Source: Candidatus Omnitrophota bacterium (GTDB lineage Bacteria; Omnitrophota; Gorgyraeia; Gygaellales; Profunditerraquicolaceae). From it: a stretch of DNA of 64,000 nt. The position numbers and the translations under genes were made by a program. The notes under the pieces were generated by a model. That model did no database searches and had not been told where the DNA came from. It saw only the letters and a program-made list of their open reading frames with translations. Shown one piece after another: positions 47,653 to 56,610 of this stretch (position 1 is its first letter; every line of letters starts with the position of its first letter). The DNA is taken from NCBI GenBank assembly GCA_028712255.1, contig JAQTQJ010000003.1, positions 7,173-71,172 on the forward strand, written 5' to 3'.

Positions 47653-49416
47653 CTATTTATGTTCCTGAATCCGGTTAATTAATTCCTCAATAAATTTATC
47701 TATTGCCACCACGCCCTGCTGGCCGCTTCCTTTTTTACGCACGCTTACCTGTTCCTGTTTTGCTTCACGCTCTCCTATAATTAAAGAATAAGGAGTTTTA
47801 TTTAGCTCGGCTTCGCGGATTTTTTTATCCAGAGTTTCATTACGTGTATCTATCTCCACGCGTATATTATTACTTTCCAACTTATTCTTTACTGTCTGAG
47901 CATAAGGAATAACTGTTTCTTTAATCGGAATTAACAAAACTTGGACTGGACTAAGCCATAAAGGCAACTCTCCCTTGTAATGTTCAATCAGGGCCCCGAT
48001 AAAACGCTCTAAGCTGCCCAACAGCACACGGTGCAGCATAATCGGCTGTTTTTCTTTTCCATCGGCATCAACATAGGCCAAATCAAATCTTTTAGGAAGA
48101 GCAAAATCACATTGGATAGTCGCGCACTGCCAAGTTCTCTTAAGCGCATCTTTTAATTTAATATCAATCTTCGGTCCGTAAAATGCACCATCTCCTTGAT
48201 TAATCTCATAAGATATCCCTCTTTCTTTTAGGGCATCCTCTAGCGCATCTGTGGCCTTTTTCCAGTCATCATCTGAACCGATATATTTTTCCGGACGTGT
48301 ACTTAACTCTACTCCCCACTGATCAAAACCAAAAACCTTCATTGTGTGAAAAACAAAATCAATGATGTTCTTTATTTCATCTCTGAGCTGCTCAGGCAAA
48401 CAAAAAATATGCGCATCATCCTGAGTAAATCCGCGCACACGTAATAACCCGTGCAAGACACCAGCTTTTTCCCGGCGATAAACCGTACCTAGCTCAAAGA
48501 ATCGTATGGGCAAATCTTTATAACTTCTAGTTTTTGATTTATAAATCAAGATATGCCCCGGGCAATTCATCGGTTTTAAAACAAATTCCCCGCCACACTT
48601 CTCGGCGGGCCCGCCAATGTTTTTGGCGGGCTTGCTATCCTCCATGTTGAGGATATACATATTCTCTTTGTAATATTCGTAGTGCCCGCTGGTCTTCCAA
48701 AGCGCAACATCCATAATGTGCGGAGTAATTACGATTTGATAACCACGTTTTAAATGTTCTTTCTTTTCATAATCTTCAATGATTGTGCGCAAAAGCGCCC
48801 CCTTAGGATGATAAAATACTAATCCGGCCCCTGCCTGCTCATGGTAAATATCAAAGAATCCTAATTGAGGGCCTAATTTTCTATGGTCACGTAATTTTGC
48901 TTCCTCTAAATTTTTTAAATACTCATCCAGCTCTTTTTGAGAATTAAAACATGTCCCATAAATTCTCTGAAGCATAGGATTAGTTTCAATCCCATGCCAA
49001 TAGGCACCGGCAACCGATAGTAATTTGAAAACCTTAATCTGGCCGGTAGATTCTATATGTGGGCCGCGGCATAAATCAAGAAAAGAGGTACCAGTTTTAT
49101 AAATAGAAACTTTTTCCTGCGCTAAATCCTGAATAAGCGAAACCTTATAATCCTCTTTTAATTTTTTAAATAACTCAATTGCTTGGGCCTTATCTAATTC
49201 TTCATGCAAGAATGGCTCATTTTTGGCAATAATCTGGCGCATCTTCTTTTCAATCGCCAACAAATCCTCGTCGCTAAATGGTTCTTTTTTGTCAAAATCA
49301 TAGTAAAAGCCGTCCTCAATAGAAGGGCCTATGCCTAATTTAACTTCCGGCCATAATTGTTTTACAGCTTCAGCCATAATGTGCGAACAGGAATGTCTTA
49401 GTGTATTTAAGTCCAT
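47653..49416 (-). CDS. thrS: Threonyl-tRNA synthetase
   Basis: HxxxH editing-domain motif and class II core. It heads the conserved thrS-infC-rpmI-rplT cluster. Confidence 0.9.
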   Translation of the reverse strand: MDLNTLRHSCSHIMAEAVKQLWPEVKLGIGPSIEDGFYYDFDKKEPFSDEDLLAIEKKMRQIIAKNEPFLHEELDKAQAIELFKKLKEDYKVSLIQDLAQEKVSIYKTGTSFLDLCRGPHIESTGQIKVFKLLSVAGAYWHGIETNPMLQRIYGTCFNSQKELDEYLKNLEEAKLRDHRKLGPQLGFFDIYHEQAGAGLVFYHPKGALLRTIIEDYEKKEHLKRGYQIVITPHIMDVALWKTSGHYEYYKENMYILNMEDSKPAKNIGGPAEKCGGEFVLKPMNCPGHILIYKSKTRSYKDLPIRFFELGTVYRREKAGVLHGLLRVRGFTQDDAHIFCLPEQLRDEIKNIIDFVFHTMKVFGFDQWGVELSTRPEKYIGSDDDWKKATDALEDALKERGISYEINQGDGAFYGPKIDIKLKDALKRTWQCATIQCDFALPKRFDLAYVDADGKEKQPIMLHRVLLGSLERFIGALIEHYKGELPLWLSPVQVLLIPIKETVIPYAQTVKNKLESNNIRVEIDTRNETLDKKIREAELNKTPYSLIIGEREAKQEQVSVRKKGSGQQGVVAIDKFIEELINRIQEHK

Positions 49417-49422
49417 TTGTCT

Positions 49423-50232
49423 TTATTTAAGGTGAAATATATCCACGCGCATATCGTCGGAAATTTTGGGCGCAGGCGAAGCAGAGCCGAATTCAATATG
49501 AAACTTCGCTGTTTTATCTTGCGCCCCTAGTAATTTGAGAGTTCCGGTCTGCTCTAAGCCACCGGTAACAAAGCTTACCCCTTCTTCAATAGCCAATTTT
49601 TGTTCCGCTTCGTAGTCTTCAGTGGTAATCAAAACTTCTGCGCTATTTGCAGACAAAGATAAAAGCTTAATTTGAATAGTTCCTATTTCTCCTTCTATTA
49701 TATTTACACCCTGTCCTAATTCCAGATCAAAACTTCCTTGCTTGCCTCGAAATGAAAAATTGGGCTGCTCAAATTCCGTATATTTATAGAGCGTAGTAAT
49801 CTTGATTGCTTCCCGCTGGCCTAAGTCTTCGTATACATCTTTAGGAGCAGACTTTAAATATCTTCCGAAATAAAGGTTTGATAAAATATATGGCCCGTTC
49901 ATTTTGTCTTTGAAAATTTTGTACCCATCAAAGTGAAGAGTAACGATGTTTACGCCTTTTTTTAAATCAAGATTATATTTATTATATACTTGATAAGGAT
50001 GGCCTTCTTTAGACTTAAGGTCAGTTTCGCTTATCAAGAATCCTCTTATAAGATATTGATTGCCATCCACAGGCACATTCAATTCTACATCAATGTCTAG
50101 CTCATCCGCCTTGCCATCAGCATCTGAATCAACTTTATAATCCTTAAAGGAGCCGGTAAATACTTCAGCGGCCTCTAAGCGTGTAACCGCGGTCATAAGT
50201 GATATTATAAAGATTAGGTAGCTTACTTTCAT
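49423..50232 (-). CDS. Hypothetical secreted protein
   Basis: The signal peptide begins at MKVSYLIF. The ORF-track start at 50283 would overlap tRNA-Val. Confidence 0.35.
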   Translation of the reverse strand: MKVSYLIFIISLMTAVTRLEAAEVFTGSFKDYKVDSDADGKADELDIDVELNVPVDGNQYLIRGFLISETDLKSKEGHPYQVYNKYNLDLKKGVNIVTLHFDGYKIFKDKMNGPYILSNLYFGRYLKSAPKDVYEDLGQREAIKITTLYKYTEFEQPNFSFRGKQGSFDLELGQGVNIIEGEIGTIQIKLLSLSANSAEVLITTEDYEAEQKLAIEEGVSFVTGGLEQTGTLKLLGAQDKTAKFHIEFGSASPAPKISDDMRVDIFHLK

Positions 50233-50238
50233 TTTTAT

Positions 50239-50315
50239 TGGTGGGCCCAGGAGGATTTGAACCCCCGGCCTTTTCCATGTCAAGGAAACGCTCTAACCAA
50301 CTGAGCTATGAGCCC
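50239..50315 (-). tRNA. tRNA-Val (GAC) with encoded CCA
   Basis: Cloverleaf read by hand: acceptor gggctca/tgggccc, anticodon loop ttGACat, T-loop ttcaaat and a 3' ACCA. Confidence 0.8.
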
Positions 50316-50574
50316 GTCACTGCGCTGTTGCTTATTCTAAGCTTTTCGAAATATCTATGCTACTTTTGTATCTATTACTCCTGCCGCATTCTAATGACGC
50401 TTCGTTCCTTAGGAGGGGGCAAGCCCCCCTCCTAACGCTTATAGTCTAATACAATGAGACGCTGGTCTCCCCCAACCGCGGGGAAATTCTTTCCCCGCAC
50501 CCCTTGAGGTTTTTAACAGCATTTATTTTTACCACTAACGATATCCGCCAAAGGCGGATAGCTGTTAAAAACCT
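50316..50574 (-). other. Structured non-coding region with three strong hairpins (candidate small RNA or regulatory region)
   Basis: A 13-bp stem ggtttttaacagc...gctgttaaaaacc enclosing a nested atccgcctttggcggat, then gcggggaaagaatttccccgc, then aggagggggcttgccccctcct. No ORF and no T-run. Confidence 0.3.
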
Positions 50575-51000
50575 TCAGCTCTTATTCCTTACCAAAAAAC
50601 TAAGACTTCTTTCATCTATGGAAGTCCTTTTACCCCACAAATCTTTCCTCATCGCACTTACTACTTTTATGTATGACGAATAATCTGGATTACTAATAAA
50701 ATTCGCCATTTTCTTAATAACATCATCACTAGCGAATAAAATACTATTCAGCAATTCTGCTTCAACCTCATTCTTAAAATCTTGTATATTTTTTAAATCA
50801 GGTCTAAATTCTGACGCGTGACGCAATCCATTTTCCGGATCCAGAATTGTTAACATCTGGATAATTATAGATAAATATCTTTTACTTTTTAATTCATGTT
50901 CTTGTTCTTTTAGCTGCTTTTTCCGCTCGAATAGTGATTGAAAATATGCTCCCGATATTCCCGCTAATAAAGCAACTATAATCTGTGATAAGTTTGACAT
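50575..51000 (-). CDS. Hypothetical membrane protein
   Basis: N-terminal TM helix. 141 aa, AT-rich. Confidence 0.3.
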   Translation of the reverse strand: MSNLSQIIVALLAGISGAYFQSLFERKKQLKEQEHELKSKRYLSIIIQMLTILDPENGLRHASEFRPDLKNIQDFKNEVEAELLNSILFASDDVIKKMANFISNPDYSSYIKVVSAMRKDLWGKRTSIDERSLSFLVRNKS

Positions 51001-51081
51001 TTCATTAATTATAGACTATAGATCTATACTATAAATTAAACTGGACAGGAAGAAGCCGAATTCTTTCTACCCTTTAATAAA

Positions 51082-51165
51082 TGCCGGGGGAGGGAATCGA
51101 ACCCTCATATCCTTACGGACGGCGGATTTTAAGTCCGCATCGTATACCAATTTCGACACCCCGGC
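51082..51165 (-). tRNA. tRNA-Leu (TAA), type II with long variable arm
   Basis: Acceptor gccgggg/ccccggc, anticodon loop ctTAAaa, a 15-nt variable arm and T-arm gaggg-ttcgatt-ccctc. Confidence 0.75.
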
Positions 51166-51174
51166 AAAATCATT

Positions 51175-51834
51175 TTAATTAAGAATCGTTTTGCTTTTGC
51201 TCCAACCGTAATCTGAACCCAAACATTCATTAGCCAATTTTATTTTTCTTTCTAACCCAAAACAACCTTTATAATAACAGCATTCAGCAATTTTTCTAGC
51301 GGCCATTTTACCATATTTTAATACCCGGGTATTAGCTGCATTCTTATGTCTTTTACCGCAAACTTTTAATAATCGCTCTACTTTATTATCCAGCCAAGCC
51401 ATAAACTCTGCAGAGCCAGAATAAATCCTTAAACTCCATTGTTCTCTCTTATTAGTCGGATGTATCCAATGACGAATACAACCATCGCCATCAATAACAC
51501 CTCTTAAAAAATCAGGAAAATATTGCCTTGGTATTTTTATCGCACCCAGCGTCAATGATTTTTTTGGCGTAAGCCCGACAGATAACAAAAATTCATAAAA
51601 ACTTATATTCGCAATTTGCAAATGGTAAGATTGATTAATCCTACCTTTATTTTTCACGCCTATCTTATTCACTAAACTAAAACCCGATTTAATCTTCTCT
51701 AAAAACTCTGCGTCTTTTGAGGTTATATCAATATGTCTGCCATCTCTTGATAAACAGCCATCACTGGTAATCAAACCAACTAAATACCAAAGATTTGCTC
51801 CTTCAATTTTTAATTCTTTTCTGTGTGCTAGCAT
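51175..51834 (-). CDS. Free-standing LAGLIDADG homing endonuclease (two-motif, monomeric type)
   Basis: Two LAGLIDADG motifs, LVGLITSDGCL and LRGVIDGDGCI, separated by ~95 aa. 219 aa. Lies between tRNA-Leu and tRNA-Cys. Confidence 0.75.
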   Translation of the reverse strand: MLAHRKELKIEGANLWYLVGLITSDGCLSRDGRHIDITSKDAEFLEKIKSGFSLVNKIGVKNKGRINQSYHLQIANISFYEFLLSVGLTPKKSLTLGAIKIPRQYFPDFLRGVIDGDGCIRHWIHPTNKREQWSLRIYSGSAEFMAWLDNKVERLLKVCGKRHKNAANTRVLKYGKMAARKIAECCYYKGCFGLERKIKLANECLGSDYGWSKSKTILN

Positions 51835-51852
51835 CTTTCAAAAAAGTTTTAA

Positions 51853-51923
51853 GGCGACGAGCGGATTCGAACCGCTGAATAGTTCTTTTGCAGAGAACTG
51901 CCTTACCACTTGGCTACGTCGCC
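51853..51923 (-). tRNA. tRNA-Cys (GCA)
   Basis: Acceptor ggcgacg/cgtcgcc, anticodon loop ctGCAaa and T-arm agcgg-ttcgaat-ccgct. No CCA encoded. Confidence 0.8.
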
Positions 51924-51928
51924 AAAAA

Positions 51929-52474
51929 CTATAATATATTTTTTACCTGCCTTACGATTTCTTCAGTCTCTGCTAAACAACCTATCCCCACTGCTCCACA
52001 TGCAAGCAGGCCTCTAGTCGGAGCAATAAATTTATAGCCACAGGATTTTAATTTTGCGATATTGCTTTGAGTAATTTTATTTTTATACATATTCTCATTC
52101 ATTGCCGGTGCGATTAAAACTTTTGACTTGGTTGCACAAACCGTGCAGGTTAAAAGATCGTCACAAATACCACAGGCAAGTTTTGCAATGATATTGGCGG
52201 TTGCCGGGGCAATTAAAATTAAATCCGCTTTTCCTGCCAAAGAGATATGTTCAATCTCCCAGGTTTCCTGCTCTTCGAAAATTCCCCCCCGATAAACGCG
52301 GTTGCCGCTTAAGCTCTGGAAAACAATCGGCTTAATTAATTCTTCTGCCTCTTTAGTCATCACCACGCAAACATTAAATCCGCTTTTTCTAAGCAGGCGT
52401 ACTAAATCACAAGCCTTATAAATAGCAATACTGGCAGTTACGCCTAAAATAATATTCTTTGCAGCTTTGGCCAT
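51929..52474 (-). CDS. coaC: Phosphopantothenoylcysteine decarboxylase flavoprotein (CoaC half only)
   Basis: Flavoprotein fold (ILGVTASIAIYKA). No CoaB domain. Start chosen at MAKAAKN (52474) to avoid overlap with rpoZ. Confidence 0.7.
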   Translation of the reverse strand: MAKAAKNIILGVTASIAIYKACDLVRLLRKSGFNVCVVMTKEAEELIKPIVFQSLSGNRVYRGGIFEEQETWEIEHISLAGKADLILIAPATANIIAKLACGICDDLLTCTVCATKSKVLIAPAMNENMYKNKITQSNIAKLKSCGYKFIAPTRGLLACGAVGIGCLAETEEIVRQVKNIL

Positions 52475-52475
52475 A

Positions 52476-52685
52476 TTACTCTTTTTCCTTTGTTTTCCTG
52501 GCTTCGATCCTGCCAGCTGCGATTTCATGTAAAGCTACAGTAGAAGGCTTTACAGAAGCATCATCTGCAACTAATTTTGGCTGGCCTTCGGCAATCTCCA
52601 AAGCCCTTTTGGATGCCAAAATTACCAATTTATAAATTGACCCCATACTCTTATCTAAAAGTTTTTCCCTTCCCTCATAACCCAT
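52476..52685 (-). CDS. rpoZ: DNA-directed RNA polymerase subunit omega
   Basis: SIYKLVILASKRALEI... 69 aa. Conserved gmk-rpoZ neighbourhood. Confidence 0.75.
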   Translation of the reverse strand: MGYEGREKLLDKSMGSIYKLVILASKRALEIAEGQPKLVADDASVKPSTVALHEIAAGRIEARKTKEKE

Positions 52686-52707
52686 TTTTACCCCCTAAAA
52701 GTAAATG

Positions 52708-53307
52708 TTAAATGCGAATTTCTTGTAAAAATATATCTTTTAATTCTTCGAGTGCAATTTCTAAGTTTTGATTCAAAATACAATAATCGAATCGGCGCGC
52801 AGCTAATAATTCTTTAGCCGCCAGACGTATACGCCAAGCTACTTCTTTTTTATTAGTCTTACTGCAACGGCTTTGGATCCTAGCTTTAAGCACATCAAGC
52901 GAAGGAGGCAAAACAAAAACCCTTACCGTATTCTTAGGATATAATTTCTTAAGAATCGCGGCGCCCTTAAGATCTAAACATAAACCAATATTCTTACCAA
53001 CGTTAATCTGGCTTTCTAATGGCCCCCTAGGCGTTCCGTAATAATAGCCCAAATACCTGGTCCATTCAAGAATTTTTTTTGCCCTTAACAGCTGCCGAAA
53101 CTGATCTTGGGTAACAAAAAAATAGTCCTTACCCTCCTTTTCCCTAGAACGCTTGGGACGGGTGGTAACTGAACATGATTTTACAAGCAGCTTAGCGATT
53201 TTTCTGTCTTTGATTAAACAGCTCAGAAGGGTGGTTTTGCCTGAACCCGAAGGCCCGCAGATAATAAAAATTTTCCCCGGTTTATTTTTTATTTTTTCGG
53301 CTTTCAC
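52708..53307 (-). CDS. gmk: Guanylate kinase
   Basis: P-loop GPSGSGKTT and a guanylate kinase fold. 199 aa. Confidence 0.85.
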   Translation of the reverse strand: MKAEKIKNKPGKIFIICGPSGSGKTTLLSCLIKDRKIAKLLVKSCSVTTRPKRSREKEGKDYFFVTQDQFRQLLRAKKILEWTRYLGYYYGTPRGPLESQINVGKNIGLCLDLKGAAILKKLYPKNTVRVFVLPPSLDVLKARIQSRCSKTNKKEVAWRIRLAAKELLAARRFDYCILNQNLEIALEELKDIFLQEIRI

Positions 53308-54149
53308 TACTCGATATTTTGCACCTGTTCGCGAATCTTCTCAATCTGGCTTTTCATCTGCACGGCACGTCCAGAAATTACCAAATCAAATGACTTTGCC
53401 GCCAAAGTATTAGCCTCCCTCTGCATCTCTTGTGTAATAAAATCCAATTCCTTGCCAACAGAACCGCCACTTGCAATTTTATGCTGGAAATTCTTAATAT
53501 GGAAATGCAAACGGTCTATCTCTTCAGCAATATCGGCGCCTTTTTGAAAAGCCAGGCGTTCTTCAGGCGTTTGAATTTTCTTAATCCTATTCTTTATCGC
53601 CACTGTAAAACGCTGTTTGACAAAAAGCACATCTTTATTAAGCAATTCACTTCTACTCTTTAATAAACTTGCCAAGGCTGCCCCTTCTTTCTGACGGGCC
53701 TTCAATAAATTCATAAGTGCCTGCAAAAAAACGGGTTTAAGCTTATCCCAAATATGGCTTCCTGTAGGCCGGCTTTCTTTAAGCGATAAAATTCCGGGTA
53801 GGCGAATTAATGAATCAAGGGTTAAACCATCCTTGATTTTAAACTCCTTCTTTATGCCATTTAGCTCATGTAAATAATTTTTAAGTAGCTTGCGGTTTAC
53901 AAATATACCATGGATAACCTGGTCTTTTATGTTTATAGCGCAATAAACCCTTCCCCGCCTGATTTGACTTTCGATTTCTTTCTTTAGTTTGTCCTCTAAA
54001 GAAATTAAGCCTTCCGGTAAATTAAAAACGGATTCTAAAAATTTATGGTTGGTGCACCTTAATTCCACACTGATTCTTCCGATAACATCAATCTCTATTT
54101 CATGACTACCAAAGCCAGTCATGCTGCTGATTATTTTTTTCATGCCCAA
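53307..54149 (-). CDS. yicC: YicC-family protein
   Basis: N-terminal SMTGFG... (YicC_N), a C-terminal DUF1732-like region and the conserved yicC-gmk-rpoZ arrangement. Confidence 0.75.
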   Translation of the reverse strand: MGMKKIISSMTGFGSHEIEIDVIGRISVELRCTNHKFLESVFNLPEGLISLEDKLKKEIESQIRRGRVYCAINIKDQVIHGIFVNRKLLKNYLHELNGIKKEFKIKDGLTLDSLIRLPGILSLKESRPTGSHIWDKLKPVFLQALMNLLKARQKEGAALASLLKSRSELLNKDVLFVKQRFTVAIKNRIKKIQTPEERLAFQKGADIAEEIDRLHFHIKNFQHKIASGGSVGKELDFITQEMQREANTLAAKSFDLVISGRAVQMKSQIEKIREQVQNIE

Positions 54150-54643
54150 ACCTTCCTCTCAACTTCTTTTTGTATTACATCTTTTACAGGATAAAGGTCA
54201 ACAATAATCTCATCTGGATCAAACCAAAGCTTAATCTCCCTTTGTGCTTCAGAATCATTTGATGAAACATGGATTACATTTTCATATATTCCGCTGGTCG
54301 TAATTCTCCCATAAGAGCCACGGATAGATGTTGATTCCGCCTCCTCCGGATTGGTAGCGCCGGCCAAATCCCGGCATTTTTTTATTGCATCAATCCCCCA
54401 ATAAACTAGAGCCATAACTTTTTTGCGGTCATGGAACTCCCCTTGCAGATATTGAATAATCTCGCCAAAAAAAGGCTTATCTTTTAAATGCTGATAATGC
54501 TCTTGCGCTAAAGCCTTTGATACACGCACCATTTTTGCAGCAACAATTTCAAGTTTTGTCTCGGATAAACGCGTAAGAATATTACCGGTCAAAGATTTTT
54601 TCAACCCATCGGGCTTAATTAATATTAAGACTGCTTGTTCCAT
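54140..54643 (-). CDS. ndk: Nucleoside diphosphate kinase-like protein
   Basis: IKPDG...HY..H...PFF...GATNP...IRG...N.IH.S pattern with the catalytic His retained (NVIHVSS). Confidence 0.65.
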   Translation of the reverse strand: MEQAVLILIKPDGLKKSLTGNILTRLSETKLEIVAAKMVRVSKALAQEHYQHLKDKPFFGEIIQYLQGEFHDRKKVMALVYWGIDAIKKCRDLAGATNPEEAESTSIRGSYGRITTSGIYENVIHVSSNDSEAQREIKLWFDPDEIIVDLYPVKDVIQKEVERKVWA

Positions 54644-54646
54644 TAT

Positions 54647-55504
54647 TTATTTTCCTCCTTTAATAACACCAACTATGCGTTCTAAATCTTCCTGCGAATA
54701 AAATTCGATATTGATATGCCCGCGTTTTTTTCTTTTACTTATCCTGACCTTAGTGGCCAAGGCATGTTGAAGCTGTTCTTCAAGAATTGCCACAAGCGGT
54801 TCACGAGTGCCTTGACCGATACTTCTTTTTATTGAGCTAGGCCGTTTACTTTTTATCAGATTCTCCAGCTCGCGCACCGAGAGCCCCTTGGCAATGGTAT
54901 CCTGCGCAAGCCTTCGCTGTTGGTTCTCGTCCTCAATCTCAAGTAATGCCCTACCGTGTGCAAAACTAATCCGGCCCTTTTTCATCTCCCCCTGAATTTC
55001 ATGAGGAAGTTTAAGCAGGCGTAAAGTGTTAGTAATGGACACTCTTGCTTTACCTAAAACTTCACTGATTTTTTCCTGAGTAACTTGGAATTTATCAATT
55101 AAGTGTTGATAAGCATGCGCTTCTTCAATGGGATTTAATCCTTCCCTCTGGATATTTTCAATCAAAGCTAATTCAAGAGAATCCTGGTCGCTGACCTCTC
55201 TAACAATAACTGGTATCTCTTTTAATCCCAGCAAACTAGAGGCGCGAAATCTTCTTTCTCCGGCAATCAATTCATAATTGTCACCTCTTTGCCTAACCAA
55301 AAGCGGCTGAATAACACCTTTCTCTTTGATTGATTGCGCCAGCTCTTCAATGCTTTGCTGATCAAAATCTTCACGCGGCTGAAAAGGATTAGGTTTTATT
55401 TGTCCAGACTGGACATAAATAATCTCTTCTTTACGTGTTGTAGCATCAACCACCTTCTCAGGTATTAATGCACCCAAACCCTTTCCTAAAGCTCTTCTCT
55501 CCAT
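54647..55504 (-). CDS. parB: Chromosome partitioning protein ParB/Spo0J
   Basis: ParB box GERRFRAS, an HTH and a C-terminal dimerisation region. Start taken at MERRALGKGLGAL (55504). Confidence 0.85.
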   Translation of the reverse strand: MERRALGKGLGALIPEKVVDATTRKEEIIYVQSGQIKPNPFQPREDFDQQSIEELAQSIKEKGVIQPLLVRQRGDNYELIAGERRFRASSLLGLKEIPVIVREVSDQDSLELALIENIQREGLNPIEEAHAYQHLIDKFQVTQEKISEVLGKARVSITNTLRLLKLPHEIQGEMKKGRISFAHGRALLEIEDENQQRRLAQDTIAKGLSVRELENLIKSKRPSSIKRSIGQGTREPLVAILEEQLQHALATKVRISKRKKRGHINIEFYSQEDLERIVGVIKGGK

Positions 55505-55517
55505 TAAGCAGCTCCTT

Positions 55518-55567
55518 CCCATAAGGGAACACCGGCGCAATTCAAATAAACGCCGGGTGTAACTTAT
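55518..55567 (-). promoter_or_regulatory. Conserved hairpin-plus-RBS leader element, copy 2 (upstream of parB)
   Basis: cccataagggaacaccggcgcaattcaaataaacgccgggtgtaacttat. Same architecture as 46813-46863, with compensatory stem changes. Confidence 0.5.
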
Positions 55568-56328
55568 ATTTGTAAGCCTAAAATTTCTCTGCTCAACTCT
55601 TCATATTTCTGAGCGCCTAAAGAGTCTTTATCATACAAGGCAATCGGCTTACCAAAACTCGGTGCTTCGGTTAAACGAATATTTCTAGGAATTACTGTAT
55701 TATAGACTTTATCCTTAAAGTGATTGCGCGCTTCCTGAATAACTTCTTTAGTAAGATTGGTGCGAAAATCTGCCATAGTTAAAAGCACGCCTTCAACACT
55801 TAGGGTAGGATTAAGGTTTTCTTTTACAAGTCTAACTGTATTATGAAGTTGCGTCAAGCCTTCTAAGGCATAATATTCACATTGGACAGGAATTATTACT
55901 GAATCAGAAGCACATAGCCCATTAATCGTAAGTAATCCTAAGGAAGGCGGAGAATCAATAATCACAAAATCAAAATTTTCTTTTTCAATTTGCAAAGCCC
56001 TTTTTAATCTATACTCACGGCCAAGCGCCCCAACCAGCTCCACCTCTGCACCAGTTAAGTCTAAATTAGAAGGGGCAAGTAAAAGATTATCAATTGCTGT
56101 TTTTTGTAAAATATCGGCGAGCTTTAATTCTTCAAGAAGAATATGGTATGTGCTTTTTTGAATATCATGTTTATTTATTCCAATACCGCTAGTAGCATTT
56201 GCTTGAGGATCCAAATCAATGAGCAAAATTTTCTTCCCTGCCATAGCCAGGTACGCCGCGAGATTAATCGAGGTTGTAGTTTTACCTACCCCGCCTTTCT
56301 GGTTACAGATTGCGATTATTTTACCCAT
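55564..56328 (-). CDS. parA: Chromosome partitioning ATPase ParA/Soj
   Basis: Deviant Walker A KGGVGKTT. 254 aa. Confidence 0.9.
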   Translation of the reverse strand: MGKIIAICNQKGGVGKTTTSINLAAYLAMAGKKILLIDLDPQANATSGIGINKHDIQKSTYHILLEELKLADILQKTAIDNLLLAPSNLDLTGAEVELVGALGREYRLKRALQIEKENFDFVIIDSPPSLGLLTINGLCASDSVIIPVQCEYYALEGLTQLHNTVRLVKENLNPTLSVEGVLLTMADFRTNLTKEVIQEARNHFKDKVYNTVIPRNIRLTEAPSFGKPIALYDKDSLGAQKYEELSREILGLQI

Positions 56329-56409
56329 TGATATTATTATGGTTACGTAAGGTTCCCCGAGAAACGTACCTTTTTAACTAAATTAATTATCTCAAAACTA
56401 AAATACTTG

Positions 56410-56610
56410 TCAAGTATTTTCTTTGTTAGAAATTACGCTTACACGTACCTTTGCTGGCTTAGCTCCGGGCATACCAAAAAGCCCCTTTTTCTCCTCGACT
56501 ACACTTTCTATTTTTACACGGTTGCGCGGGAGTTTTAATTCTTGCAAGGCCTTTTCAATGGCCTCTTCCACAGTCTTCCCTTCAACTTCAATATATTTTA
56601 CTTTTTTCAC
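56410..56610 (-). CDS. Jag/KhpB N-terminal-domain-only protein
   Basis: 66 aa with a YIEVEGKTVEEAIEKALQELKL...VKIES...GLFGMPGAKPAKVRV pattern (Jag_N). No KH or R3H domains. Sits in the usual position after yidC. Confidence 0.5.
   Translation of the reverse strand: MKKVKYIEVEGKTVEEAIEKALQELKLPRNRVKIESVVEEKKGLFGMPGAKPAKVRVSVISNKENT

Noticed and set aside
50238-50435. ORF 50238-50435 (+), and the N-terminal extension of ORF 49423-50283 (-)
   Set aside because: Both run through the hand-folded tRNA-Val. The secreted protein's signal peptide starts at the internal Met at 50232.
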